Source of the DNA: an uncultured virus (IMG/VR IMGVR_UViG_3300029288_000009)
Lineage: Duplodnaviria; Heunggongvirae; Uroviricota; Caudoviricetes
DNA: 21,186 bases
IMG/VR virus record: IMGVR_UViG_3300029288_000009
Span: 62,001-83,186 of that record
Reading direction: 5' to 3' (one strand)
The first letter of the stretch is position 1; each line of letters starts with the position of its first letter. Made by a program: the position numbers and the translations under genes. This document shows positions 9,001 through 17,167 of the stretch, piece after piece. Below the pieces are notes generated by a model that was given only the letters and a program-made list of their open reading frames with translations, was not told where the DNA came from and ran no database searches.

Positions 9001-12000
9001 TTGTCTATCTTTATAACAACGTCCCAGCATGGGTTTCTACTGGGTTGACGGCATCGTTAGACGCTGTGAATCATTTTGAAGTTGAATGGTCAAACACTGA
9101 TAGAAATGGTGATGCAAACCCAGACGCTCGTGTAATATTGAACGGCGTGTATAGCCCTTGGATAAGAGCGTTCTCAAATTGGGTGACCGGGATAAATATA
9201 TTTAACATATTAACCGGTGTTGCTAACACCGGTATTGAAGTTTATATCAATGATATCACACTTATCACGACTGGTTTAGCATTTAATTCAGCGATAACCA
9301 AGCCTCAAATCTCCTACCCAGACGGAGACTTCCTCGACGTTCGCTTCCTCCAGCGCGGTCGTGAGCCGGTCGTGGAGCCTTATGTAAGGTTGGTAAATGC
9401 TTCCGGTAATGGTACGGAGCAACGCCTTGTATCCTTAAACGATACCGCCGTGATGGATCACCGCGTGGACGAGGTGAACGTCTACATCCCCACCACACAG
9501 ACGAACTACCGTGTACTCGGCGCTGGTGGTGTCAATGCCCAGTGGACAGACGGCCTTATTCCGAACCATTGGTTGCCACTCGCCTTGACGCATCAGATCC
9601 ACGCAAAGTACCCACGTCTGTTCACTCACGATACGTTCTACAACCGGTATCAATTCTGTTACTCTGCAATGACATCGCTGATAACGGAATACTCGCGCAT
9701 AATCGTGGCTAACTTGAACTACGAGAACTGCGCCGAGATGGAATTCACGCCTAGCGTCCACCCGTTCATACACCCGAATAACATAGCGTTCTACCGGGAT
9801 TGTGAGAATGCTCTACCGGAGAAGTTTAGTAATTCGCCGCAGAGGATGAGGAAGTCCGTGCTGGTTCCACAAGAGTTCTTCGCGGACTACGCGGTAGACG
9901 CGGATATAGTTGCTGCTGCGGCCGCGTGGACGGATGGTGGAGCTGCTGCTGGAGCTAGCTTCACGTGTGTTATGGACGAGGGGATGAAAGTTGGGAAGTA
10001 CGTGAGGGACGCTGTTTTATACACGCCTATATACACGTTTCAAACACCGTCTCCAACTATACCCGGTGTTTATTCGATATCATTTGATGTTAAAGCAACG
10101 GTGGGCGAGTTTAAAGTTAGAATAATGGACGCCGCTGGATCGCGCATCTATCTATGGTTCCGCACTGCAAATTACGCTTTGTGGAACGAAACCGGCCCTG
10201 TTTTGATAGCAAACAACGCATGGGGTGCAAGTGATGAATATCCCGCCTATGTAAACGTGAAACTCGTTATTGTTGGAATCGGTGATTTTTACGTGATCGT
10301 TAACGGAATAACGTACGATAATGCTGGTGCGTATTACGCTAATTCATCCAATTTCACTGGGCCGATAACAAAGCTTCAATTCTATTCTACTGCTGCGAAT
10401 ATGTTTTGTATAAAAAACATAGCACCGAACTGGAAACTCTACCCGGACATCGACGCAGATGACTTCATAGTACACCCGCAATACCTCGGACACGCTAAGC
10501 CCGTGGAGATAGTGTCGCTAGAGGACAAGTGGGGTTTTAGGGATTATGGGAAGTACACGGCAATCTCCAACGCGCATCCAACGCGCTCGTGGGTGTCGTT
10601 CTTTATCACAGCTCCATATGGCGTGGATGAAGGAATTGGAGAGGTGATCCTCTACGATATTGCCGGGAACGAAATGCTTTACATTCAAGTAAACCCGATG
10701 AATAACACGGACTTCTCCGTGCATCCCAAGATGATGCTCTACGATTCCACCAGCGCTGGAGGCGCATTGACCGCGATAGATGGAACGTGGAACGGATGGC
10801 TTCCAGTGACCGTCGAGTTCGATAATGATAACCGGAAGGGGAATATCTACTTCCACGGGCAACTCGTTGCGGGCAACATAACACTCGGAGCTGGAGCGCT
10901 GGTGGGCTTCGGTAAGGTCGTGTTCCTTAGCGGGCTCAAGACTGTTGCCCCGGTGCTTGGTATATGGAGGCAAGAAGACTTCCAATCCTACGCGGAGGCT
11001 GCGGCTCCTGGTGCTCCGTGGGCAATCGTTGCTGGTGGAACCACCGCGTTTACAGCGAGGTATTTGGACGGTGATTCTCGTGGGTATTTGAACGATACCG
11101 ACGGGGCTGCCACGCTATCAGCGCAACTGATGTTTCCGATACCATCCACAGCAGCTCCGGCAGCAGCAAGCCCTTATGCTATTAAATGGTCTCAGCAGAT
11201 AAACACTCTTACTAATAACGGATATGCTGCTCGCATAACAGCGGCCGCTCCAGCGAACGGTGACCTTAGAATACAGATACGCGCTGGTGGTGCTATATGG
11301 AACTACACGGCTGGAGCGTGGGCTAACACCGGTCTATTCGCTCCCTTCCCCACGCTAGAACACGAGATCACCATCCAGTTCACCACGAACGCCTTGTATA
11401 ACATCTACGTGGACGGCGTGTTGCAGAACGCTGCCCCGTTAGCAGTTCAAGTGGCGTTCGCTGCGGTGATAACAGACCTAACGTTTTACACGGAAGCGAA
11501 TGCTGATACAGCACAAGTTTACATTGACGACATCGACGTGAGCTGGTCTGATTGCGTTCAGACTGCTGATATACACCACGTCCACGGCTCCCTACTCATT
11601 GACGGTATAACGTTCGGCGGGTACGACAACAGCAACAAGGACTTCTCATCGCAGACAAAGAACTTGTTTATGCTCCCCTACCGGGACTACATCAACCCGC
11701 ATCACTCGACGTTCCATAACAATCTAAACGGGCTTGACCAAGATATAATCCCGTTGCCTCTGTACAACGCCGTCCCGGACGCGTCGTTTAACATTGCTTC
11801 GTGGACACGCGGTGCGTACTGGGATTATTATTCGCTCGCAACTGCTGGAATGTACGGCGGTGTAGTTCGTAACTGGTACGCGTGGAAGTTCCCCTACGTT
11901 TTCGGCGGGAGGTTTGACGAGCCTAACAAGGATATAAAATCAATAGCTCGCCTATACCACGATGTTGCAACTGCGGACAAGAAGACGAGTGGTAAATGGG

Positions 12001-13862
12001 AATTCGTGATGCACGGGAACGCGAGGCAAGTCTACAACGTTAAAGATGATTTCACGGCATACTTGGATGGTGCTGACATACACGGACTGAACGGGTGGAC
12101 GATCTTTCTTTCCGGTGGAAACACGTCGATCCTCGTTAACGGGTATGAAAACAAAAAGGTATTGCATTTTATCGATAACAGCGGGGCTGCATATTGTCAA
12201 GCTACGAACACGTTGGTTAATGAACGCACGAAAGTTTGTTACGTTCATTTAAAAATGGAGATAGATTCCATTACAGACCAGTTCGTGATTTTTTTAGACG
12301 ACACTGCTGGAAACCATACCGCTGCTGTTAGGTTTGAAACTACCGGTCAAATACAAACGATGCAAGCTGGGGCATATGGTAACATAGTTGCATATCTCGC
12401 TAACACGGAATACGATGTCACTATTAAAGTCGATATCGTTCTTGGTAAATATTGGGTTTATATAAATAACATAATGTACGGTGGAATGGTTGGTTATAGT
12501 CTTGGGAATGCCGTTGCAACCGGCGTTAAAACAATTGAATTGCTTACCGACACTGGTGCTATGACTTATAACGTTTATCTATGGGACTTCTCCGCCTACG
12601 GCGAACCCGGTTCCATAGACGTTACCCTCGACTACGACAAGCTCTACGATTCCGGCCTCGTGGAGATCCCCACGCCTCCGATGGATATCTGCGAGAAGTG
12701 GCAACTTCAATTCGTTCCCGCGTCGATAGGAACCAAGGCGATCATACAAGGGGACGGCATATCCGAGGACTTCCAGCAGTACCTCACGAACGTCGTTCCC
12801 ACGACCGGGTGGACTATTGCCGGGGCTTCCGCGACGGCGTGGTTCAAGACGCTGGATGTTGGCGGGAACATCATCGGGTCTTTCCACGATTTTGATGCCG
12901 CCGCGACGCTAGCTGCATCGTTTGTTTTTCCAACACCTAGCACTAATCCGATTTCGCTTAGAACGTGGGTATCCGCTGATATGACACCGATAACAATCAG
13001 TGGACAAAATATGTGGATGTACGTTCGATCCGCCGTTGCTGGAACGATTTACCTTGGTGTTAGTTTCACGACCGGAAACGAGATCAGAGTGACCCAGGGT
13101 GCTGGAACGATATTGATCGGGACGTGGGTTTCTGGCGTTAAATATCGCGTTCAAATCATCGTTATATCATCATCTCTTTACGATGTTATCATTAATGATG
13201 TTCTATACGATAACGCTGGCGCACATTACACACCCTCGTCTCTTTTCACGGTTGCGAACGTTATAGGATCGTTATATTTTGGAGCCGGTGTTATGGCTAT
13301 GACGAATACAGATGTTTATATCGATAATATCGCAGCATCTTGGCTGCGCGCTCCCACCACCATCGCGAACTACGACAAGGCAAAAGCCCTCCACAAGTAC
13401 ACGGTCGAGTGGGATACCGGCTTCATATGGACAAGCATAGATGACAAGTTAGTAGATCAGCGGAAGTATGCCGGTCGCGTCCCGTTCTACTTGGACAAGT
13501 TCAAGGCTCACGTGTGTAGCGGGTATGGGCTCCACGAGATATATGCGGTGATGTTCGGGGCGCAATGCGATAACGAGGCGGCATACGAGCCAAACTGCCT
13601 TGACTTGATACCTGGTGGAACGATGGAGCAAGAGGGATACACCGGCATCTTGAACACGCGAAACAAGGGAACCTACGCGCTCTTGAACGCTGAAGACGAG
13701 TGGACGTTAGAGAAAACAAACTTCTGGAAAACGATGATGCTTGATTCCGGCGGGCTACCAGTTCTCGGTAACTTCGATGACGTTCAGAACGATCTCGTGG
13801 AGTTAGAAAAGAAAGCCGTGGGACATCGGAGCAACGTGTATAACAACGCTAACAAGGTGTAA
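6093..13862 (+). CDS. Giant (2589 aa) virion adhesin / receptor-binding tail fibre or baseplate protein with ~10 ConA/LamG-like beta-sandwich domains
   Basis: ATGA-coupled to baseplate J. The protein is beta-rich, aromatic- and Gly/Thr/Asn-rich, with recurring modules that begin E(D/N/G)F..Y....W and end (V/F)YID.I..SW. No signal peptide or TM anchor is visible. Confidence 0.75.
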   Translation: MIDELISYIPESSYSDKKMLKLYSGLAKNGIIISNSDIEATTTPDQSPLIVKSETPGNKNHKVVVTRLRDDDGVYKVQSAHVIPFNKKGSVSPLTLSSVDIEDSFVSTGYDRFARFGEKQSCDTFVDCIDDLTGIFPSSFLNILPRGSVMRAYDGYSYRSLCYYIDTFLESSPGVYFGSENNAGGLLGFPLDGKTSFQLVKQGIDAVFSISEGTRITSGLYRNDKSGLLKKSASATDWESDASLDLITKWNNHLESIESDPSGNDGFEIEIHDGKKGWCSFWLDLAGLEHVEQNHVVENFEIYAVGNDPSVIDPGHWTKWITGASTFTVQVVGGSQMGDMFAPLGGWDIQTLYTFDNSSPTIFPFTIEFKAGVSTVDLVIRSIFIYGVGGTTSSLIRFFSTMDLGHSLQASLGYVAGTIYNFKVVILNQSYFDIYINGVLFNFSGVHYTINPAFVFPITGLYMSAISAANNQHLYMDVIAPSWIISSGQTSWLELSETRDFLPDATANIYFHNDEIYNEGNTLYRNINFKKLHRVTLSWDYTVASPWNTFRLDDLDPKEFTWDDGGSALVNGFAINAIRIAANYVPVRVHGFCQSGDYFPFVHAESNKQNYLPFNLDLLEKVTGILGPNRRDTEGFKNLRATQPITVDMSCYTIGNIAGQGSWVANAGDDRNGTTEIHDIVECGDTDAFFALKGLQPYGYEGFNTYIDGSKIRDVNGWNAWVEHALCTFVKDSGKARLVKTGDTGGAITKTMTFSTPCSAAGWYEFKLSLNSISVADQQFRFYSGGSLIHYMRISSLGIFACYDNLTSRNIITPMIASTEYTIRIVFGDNATYHLDVTPIGGNVTRFPPIGEYTNYNGGTGFVSSFVINSLQTTVVDFTIDDIITSWNTLGPDILATTPVGKGRVLKIYDNNAGLNLDFQKTILETKAPNGRISFECWPVTGAGGTFLQFTLKEDANIRIQFYINLTTGVVYLYNNVPAWVSTGLTASLDAVNHFEVEWSNTDRNGDANPDARVILNGVYSPWIRAFSNWVTGINIFNILTGVANTGIEVYINDITLITTGLAFNSAITKPQISYPDGDFLDVRFLQRGREPVVEPYVRLVNASGNGTEQRLVSLNDTAVMDHRVDEVNVYIPTTQTNYRVLGAGGVNAQWTDGLIPNHWLPLALTHQIHAKYPRLFTHDTFYNRYQFCYSAMTSLITEYSRIIVANLNYENCAEMEFTPSVHPFIHPNNIAFYRDCENALPEKFSNSPQRMRKSVLVPQEFFADYAVDADIVAAAAAWTDGGAAAGASFTCVMDEGMKVGKYVRDAVLYTPIYTFQTPSPTIPGVYSISFDVKATVGEFKVRIMDAAGSRIYLWFRTANYALWNETGPVLIANNAWGASDEYPAYVNVKLVIVGIGDFYVIVNGITYDNAGAYYANSSNFTGPITKLQFYSTAANMFCIKNIAPNWKLYPDIDADDFIVHPQYLGHAKPVEIVSLEDKWGFRDYGKYTAISNAHPTRSWVSFFITAPYGVDEGIGEVILYDIAGNEMLYIQVNPMNNTDFSVHPKMMLYDSTSAGGALTAIDGTWNGWLPVTVEFDNDNRKGNIYFHGQLVAGNITLGAGALVGFGKVVFLSGLKTVAPVLGIWRQEDFQSYAEAAAPGAPWAIVAGGTTAFTARYLDGDSRGYLNDTDGAATLSAQLMFPIPSTAAPAAASPYAIKWSQQINTLTNNGYAARITAAAPANGDLRIQIRAGGAIWNYTAGAWANTGLFAPFPTLEHEITIQFTTNALYNIYVDGVLQNAAPLAVQVAFAAVITDLTFYTEANADTAQVYIDDIDVSWSDCVQTADIHHVHGSLLIDGITFGGYDNSNKDFSSQTKNLFMLPYRDYINPHHSTFHNNLNGLDQDIIPLPLYNAVPDASFNIASWTRGAYWDYYSLATAGMYGGVVRNWYAWKFPYVFGGRFDEPNKDIKSIARLYHDVATADKKTSGKWEFVMHGNARQVYNVKDDFTAYLDGADIHGLNGWTIFLSGGNTSILVNGYENKKVLHFIDNSGAAYCQATNTLVNERTKVCYVHLKMEIDSITDQFVIFLDDTAGNHTAAVRFETTGQIQTMQAGAYGNIVAYLANTEYDVTIKVDIVLGKYWVYINNIMYGGMVGYSLGNAVATGVKTIELLTDTGAMTYNVYLWDFSAYGEPGSIDVTLDYDKLYDSGLVEIPTPPMDICEKWQLQFVPASIGTKAIIQGDGISEDFQQYLTNVVPTTGWTIAGASATAWFKTLDVGGNIIGSFHDFDAAATLAASFVFPTPSTNPISLRTWVSADMTPITISGQNMWMYVRSAVAGTIYLGVSFTTGNEIRVTQGAGTILIGTWVSGVKYRVQIIVISSSLYDVIINDVLYDNAGAHYTPSSLFTVANVIGSLYFGAGVMAMTNTDVYIDNIAASWLRAPTTIANYDKAKALHKYTVEWDTGFIWTSIDDKLVDQRKYAGRVPFYLDKFKAHVCSGYGLHEIYAVMFGAQCDNEAAYEPNCLDLIPGGTMEQEGYTGILNTRNKGTYALLNAEDEWTLEKTNFWKTMMLDSGGLPVLGNFDDVQNDLVELEKKAVGHRSNVYNNANKV
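6981..13343 (+). repeat. Six ~186-194-aa homologous modules at 6981-7541, 8190-8753, 9870-10433, 10971-11546, 12042-12599, 12762-13343
   Basis: Starts: VENFEIY, YEGFNTY, QEFFADY, QEDFQSY, KDDFTAY, SEDFQQY. Ends: MDVIAPSW, IDDIITSW, IKNIAPNW, IDDIDVSW, LWDFSAY, IDNIAASW. Lengths are near-identical (558-582 nt). Confidence 0.85.
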
Positions 13863-13865
13863 CAA

Positions 13866-14522
13866 ATGGACATCACCCTATCCAATATGAACGTGAACCC
13901 GGAAACATACGGGAAGTTTTTCTCCCTCTACTTGAACGACTTCAAGGCGGAGCGAGATGCCGCGATGCGGTTATTCGACGTGTACACCTTCACAAACGGT
14001 TATACCGATGACCTATTTCAGTTTAGTATCATCGGTCTCCAAGGTTCCATAGCGCGCCTACTCGCCATCCCAGCGATCCAGCTCAGCCAGATCCGGGACA
14101 CGGCGAGGTGGATACACTTCTCCAAGCTCATACAAAACAAGAGTGGGTTATCATTGTTAAAAAGCGCCGAGGAGATGCTTCCGGAATCACCGGCGGACAT
14201 CGGAGAGGAGAACACGCGAGATCTAATGGAGTTAATGTTCAAGAGAAAGAAGCCGAACATGGAAAACTTGAAAGACTTCCTCGCATCGCTCTACGGTGTA
14301 AACAAGAAGTATTTCACGATAGGCGAGCGTGAATCACAAGCCGCGGTGGATATCCCCATCGTGTATCCCCGCCCTAACGGGATAATCGAGTCATCTGGCT
14401 TTAACTCCTTCTTGGAGAGCGTGATCGACAAGTTTAAATCAGCGGGAATCACTTATGTATATGTAGAAATACTCACAGTAGTAACTACAGTACACATACA
14501 TTCGATAGTGACGATAACATGA
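13866..14522 (+). CDS. Baseplate wedge subunit (P2 gpI/Mu gp48-like)
   Basis: 'NMENLKDFLASLYGV' and the C-terminal 'VIDKFKSAGITYVYV' match the wedge-I family ending (K/R-P/S-A-G/H). It sits in the baseplate operon. Confidence 0.6.
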   Translation: MDITLSNMNVNPETYGKFFSLYLNDFKAERDAAMRLFDVYTFTNGYTDDLFQFSIIGLQGSIARLLAIPAIQLSQIRDTARWIHFSKLIQNKSGLSLLKSAEEMLPESPADIGEENTRDLMELMFKRKKPNMENLKDFLASLYGVNKKYFTIGERESQAAVDIPIVYPRPNGIIESSGFNSFLESVIDKFKSAGITYVYVEILTVVTTVHIHSIVTIT

Positions 14523-14995
14523 AAATAAGAGGATACTTTGAAATCATCGACCCGGTAACCGGGAAAGTCTTAGCACACGCTGAAAACGACTTGTTAAGCA
14601 AAGGAGCGCGGTTCTTGACATCGTTTGTCGCGAATAGGATGGTAGCGGACGGGTATGGAGCCGCGGCGGTCTACGTTACTCGCATTCACTACGGTAGTGG
14701 TTCTACTCCAGTGGATAACGTGAATGACTTCCGGATGGAGTCTTATGTCGGGACAATCGCGCTTACAACAACAGCGAGGGTTTCTGACACGCTGGTTACA
14801 ATCACCGGGACCATAACCGGGGCAGCGGGAGGGACGTTCATAAGCGAGCTAGGACTTGGGCTGACAGCGGTAGACCCAGCAAACTCTGCGAACTACGTTA
14901 ACGCGGTGATAGACCGCGCCGTGCCAGCTTCCACGATAGTCGTGCCAGAGGGTGTTTCCAGGACGATAACGTATAACTTCGAGGTGATATTATGA
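14519..14995 (+). CDS. Stand-alone tail-fibre attachment/collar-like protein (DUF3751-like fold)
   Basis: The pattern 'ENDLLSKG..FL...VTRIHYGSG......DFRM...ISELGL...IDRAV...TITYNFEV' is typical of fibre N-terminal attachment domains. Confidence 0.6.
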   Translation: MKIRGYFEIIDPVTGKVLAHAENDLLSKGARFLTSFVANRMVADGYGAAAVYVTRIHYGSGSTPVDNVNDFRMESYVGTIALTTTARVSDTLVTITGTITGAAGGTFISELGLGLTAVDPANSANYVNAVIDRAVPASTIVVPEGVSRTITYNFEVIL

Positions 14996-15195
14996 ACGTT
15001 CAGAAAGTGTTGGTTTACTCGACTATAATAATAGCTCTTGTTTTTGCAGCATTATGGTCATTCGCTGTGATAACCGGAGTAAACTACATTAGGGATAATA
15101 TCGATACAATTTCTGGTAGTGTCGAAACGGTTGTTAATTATTTTGTAGATTTCTTTAAATCGATAATAGATGCAGTTCCGGTGTATAATCTATGA
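14992..15195 (+). CDS. Small membrane protein (one N-terminal TM helix plus amphipathic helix); holin-like candidate
   Basis: Hydrophobic stretch VLVYSTIIIALVFAALWSFAVITGV. ATGA overlaps at both ends. Confidence 0.6.
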   Translation: MNVQKVLVYSTIIIALVFAALWSFAVITGVNYIRDNIDTISGSVETVVNYFVDFFKSIIDAVPVYNL

Positions 15196-15734
15196 GCATA
15201 TCCCCAGACAAACTACGCGAGCAGATGGAGCAGACCATAACCACGATGCTCCCCACCATAAGTGAAGAGTTGAAAAGCCGCATCAAGTTGGAACTCAAGA
15301 AGCAGTTCAGCTCCGGTTTAGAAGAGGAGAAAGCTGCTGTTGGCGAATCCTTGAAAGAGTTGAGCAGCAAAGAAGCAGAAGCCCTCAAGGTTATTAAAGG
15401 AGAACTTGAAGACATCAAAAAAGAACTCTCCGCTGAGAAAGCAGATGCTTTGAAAGTCATCACGAAGAATGTTTCCGAACTTTCCACGAAGCTTGGTTTA
15501 GACCCGAAGCTATCAAACATCTTGCTAAGCCTTCCTAATCTACGTGATGGTATCACCGCTGAAGTATCGCTTGCAAACAAAGCGTGGGAAGATCTAAAGG
15601 CGGAGCGAGCAAAGGTGACAAAGGATAAGCATGAAATCACGATCAAAGCAACAAACCTTATCCTCGCTATCGTTATCACCGCGATTAGCGTGCTCTACGC
15701 GATAATACAACTCATCATGATCATAAAGGGGTGA
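15192..15734 (+). CDS. Coiled-coil protein with C-terminal transmembrane anchor
   Basis: K/E/L-rich heptads with an internal near-repeat (KELSSKEAEALKVI / KELSAEKADALKVI) and the C-terminal hydrophobic LILAIVITAISVLYAIIQLIMII. Confidence 0.7.
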   Translation: MSISPDKLREQMEQTITTMLPTISEELKSRIKLELKKQFSSGLEEEKAAVGESLKELSSKEAEALKVIKGELEDIKKELSAEKADALKVITKNVSELSTKLGLDPKLSNILLSLPNLRDGITAEVSLANKAWEDLKAERAKVTKDKHEITIKATNLILAIVITAISVLYAIIQLIMIIKG

Positions 15735-16414
15735 TTTCTTTTCTTTTTTCTTTCGCGGACGACCTCTCCGACTTCCTGGAAGCAGTCCAGCAGTTTGTCC
15801 CGTGGATCGTAGCCATAGCGACTATAATTGGTGTTATCATCAAGATACGCCGGGACGTGGTGTATAAGCTCAAGAGCGAGATGGGAAAGGACATGCTTTA
15901 CCTCGGCTTCAAGATGATACGCGAGATATTCGATGAAGTCCCGGCGAAGTCCTTGTTTGATTTTCTAAAGGAGTTCAAGCGGAAGTACGTCTTGGAAAGC
16001 GACATGAAGGAAACAGTTCTAACCCTCGCGAACATCGCGCTTGTCCAAGGCACGGTGAAGACGTTAAAATCGCTTGGAAAGAAGGTGAAGAGGAAAGATA
16101 AGTCCGCCATCGAGATCAGCAACAAGAAGTTTCTTAACCGCCTTCGCGCTAACCGGGACTTCGACGCGGCGATAGAGAGCATGTCGATAATCGTGAACGA
16201 GCAGTTAAAGATCCAGTCGAAGTTAACCAGGGAGAAGATGCAGCCGTTCATAGACGACATAAACACCATTCTTAACACGGCTAAGGAGAACATTCCGGCT
16301 AATCGCGAGAAGAGGATGGAAGCGGAGTCGTTAAAGAGGAAGGCCGCTGATGCGAAGTGCGACGCTGAGAAAGCGGAGATAGGAAAGAAATTGCACAAGA
16401 TATTCCGCCGATAG
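15731..16414 (+). CDS. Membrane-anchored helical protein (N-proximal TM helix, basic soluble tail)
   Basis: TM segment FVPWIVAIATIIGVII followed by KIRR. GTGA overlap with the upstream stop. Confidence 0.65.
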   Translation: MISFLFSFADDLSDFLEAVQQFVPWIVAIATIIGVIIKIRRDVVYKLKSEMGKDMLYLGFKMIREIFDEVPAKSLFDFLKEFKRKYVLESDMKETVLTLANIALVQGTVKTLKSLGKKVKRKDKSAIEISNKKFLNRLRANRDFDAAIESMSIIVNEQLKIQSKLTREKMQPFIDDINTILNTAKENIPANREKRMEAESLKRKAADAKCDAEKAEIGKKLHKIFRR

Positions 16415-16446
16415 CCTTATATACTCCTTTTGATATATACTCAATT
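16415..16446 (+). promoter_or_regulatory. Archaeal TATA-box promoter candidate (leaderless) at the start of the replication module
   Basis: TTATATA at 16417-16423 lies 24-30 nt upstream of ATG 16447, with no Shine-Dalgarno sequence. It sits at a functional module boundary. Confidence 0.55.
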
Positions 16447-17166
16447 ATGCGGATGTTTTTTGTTGATACCCAAGAACCCCTCCACGTTGTCAATTCGGCT
16501 CGGCAGTGGGTTAAAAACTCTGATCTTGGTGTTGGGCTTCAAATACGCGCGCTGAAAAACTACGACTTTTTATTTGTCCATGATGATTTAACCCTCGGGA
16601 TGGAACGAAAAAATATCGAGTCCGGGGACGCGCTGAAGTCCATCTTTAACTCAGACCTAAAGAATAAAATGTCCGGGATAATAGAATCGGGTATCCACGG
16701 TTTCTTAGGTGTCAGCGGCGAGAAGAACGCTCTACCTCCGACCAAGCAGATGGCAATCGACACGATAGAGACGGAGTACACGATGGTTGGTATCCCGTGT
16801 CTCGAAGCAACGAACGACTCGCTCTTGATACGGAAGTTTGTCCAAGCGTGTCGAATGCTTATCGGAAAGAAGAAGATTGTTATCAAGCCGTTCCTGGCTC
16901 CCACTCGGGAAGCCGACACGGTGCTGATCCGCATGATAAAACAATTCCCTGGCTTCGATGATGACGCTAAGTTTCTCGCCGGGGATAGTAACTCGTGGAT
17001 GGAATTGTTTGGATTAGAACACGATGGAATGACCGATGCGTTCAAGCAGTTCCTATCCGACAAGTTAAGAAGGAATAAAGGTAACGACCCTCAGCCAGAC
17101 CCGTTAGAGAAGGTGGTTGAGCTGGTGGATTGGTTCTTTGAAGGAGAATTGAAAACCGTTGATTAG
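16447..17166 (+). CDS. ERCC4/XPF-family structure-specific endonuclease
   Basis: 'FFVDTQEP' (cf. VDxRE), 'LKNYDFLF' (cf. L..GDY), 'GMERKN...D...SI' (ERK..D...S catalytic motif), followed by HhH-like 'MIKQFPGF'. Confidence 0.8.
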   Translation: MRMFFVDTQEPLHVVNSARQWVKNSDLGVGLQIRALKNYDFLFVHDDLTLGMERKNIESGDALKSIFNSDLKNKMSGIIESGIHGFLGVSGEKNALPPTKQMAIDTIETEYTMVGIPCLEATNDSLLIRKFVQACRMLIGKKKIVIKPFLAPTREADTVLIRMIKQFPGFDDDAKFLAGDSNSWMELFGLEHDGMTDAFKQFLSDKLRRNKGNDPQPDPLEKVVELVDWFFEGELKTVD

Positions 17167-17167
17167 T

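Noticed and set aside
6981..13343. Inserted modules as inteins or introns
   Set aside because: They lack C/S...HN intein termini and LAGLIDADG motifs, the frame stays open, and they look like beta-sandwich binding domains.
6093..13862. Diversity-generating retroelement target/template in the giant adhesin
   Set aside because: There is no reverse transcriptase in the window, and I saw no ~100-nt near-identical pair differing only at adenines. Module similarity is at protein level. A TR elsewhere in the genome cannot be excluded.
1..15000. Extracellular contractile injection system or tailocin rather than a virus
   Set aside because: The tail genes are contiguous with virus-like replication/transcription genes and an origin-like site, and no Afp15-like ATPase or toxin is seen. 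Capsid genes are outside the window, so this is not formally excluded.
15735..15754. Pyrimidine/T-rich tract as a terminator
   Set aside because: It lies within the 5' end of the GTGA-coupled 15731 ORF (encoding ISFLFSF) and cannot be separated from coding constraint.
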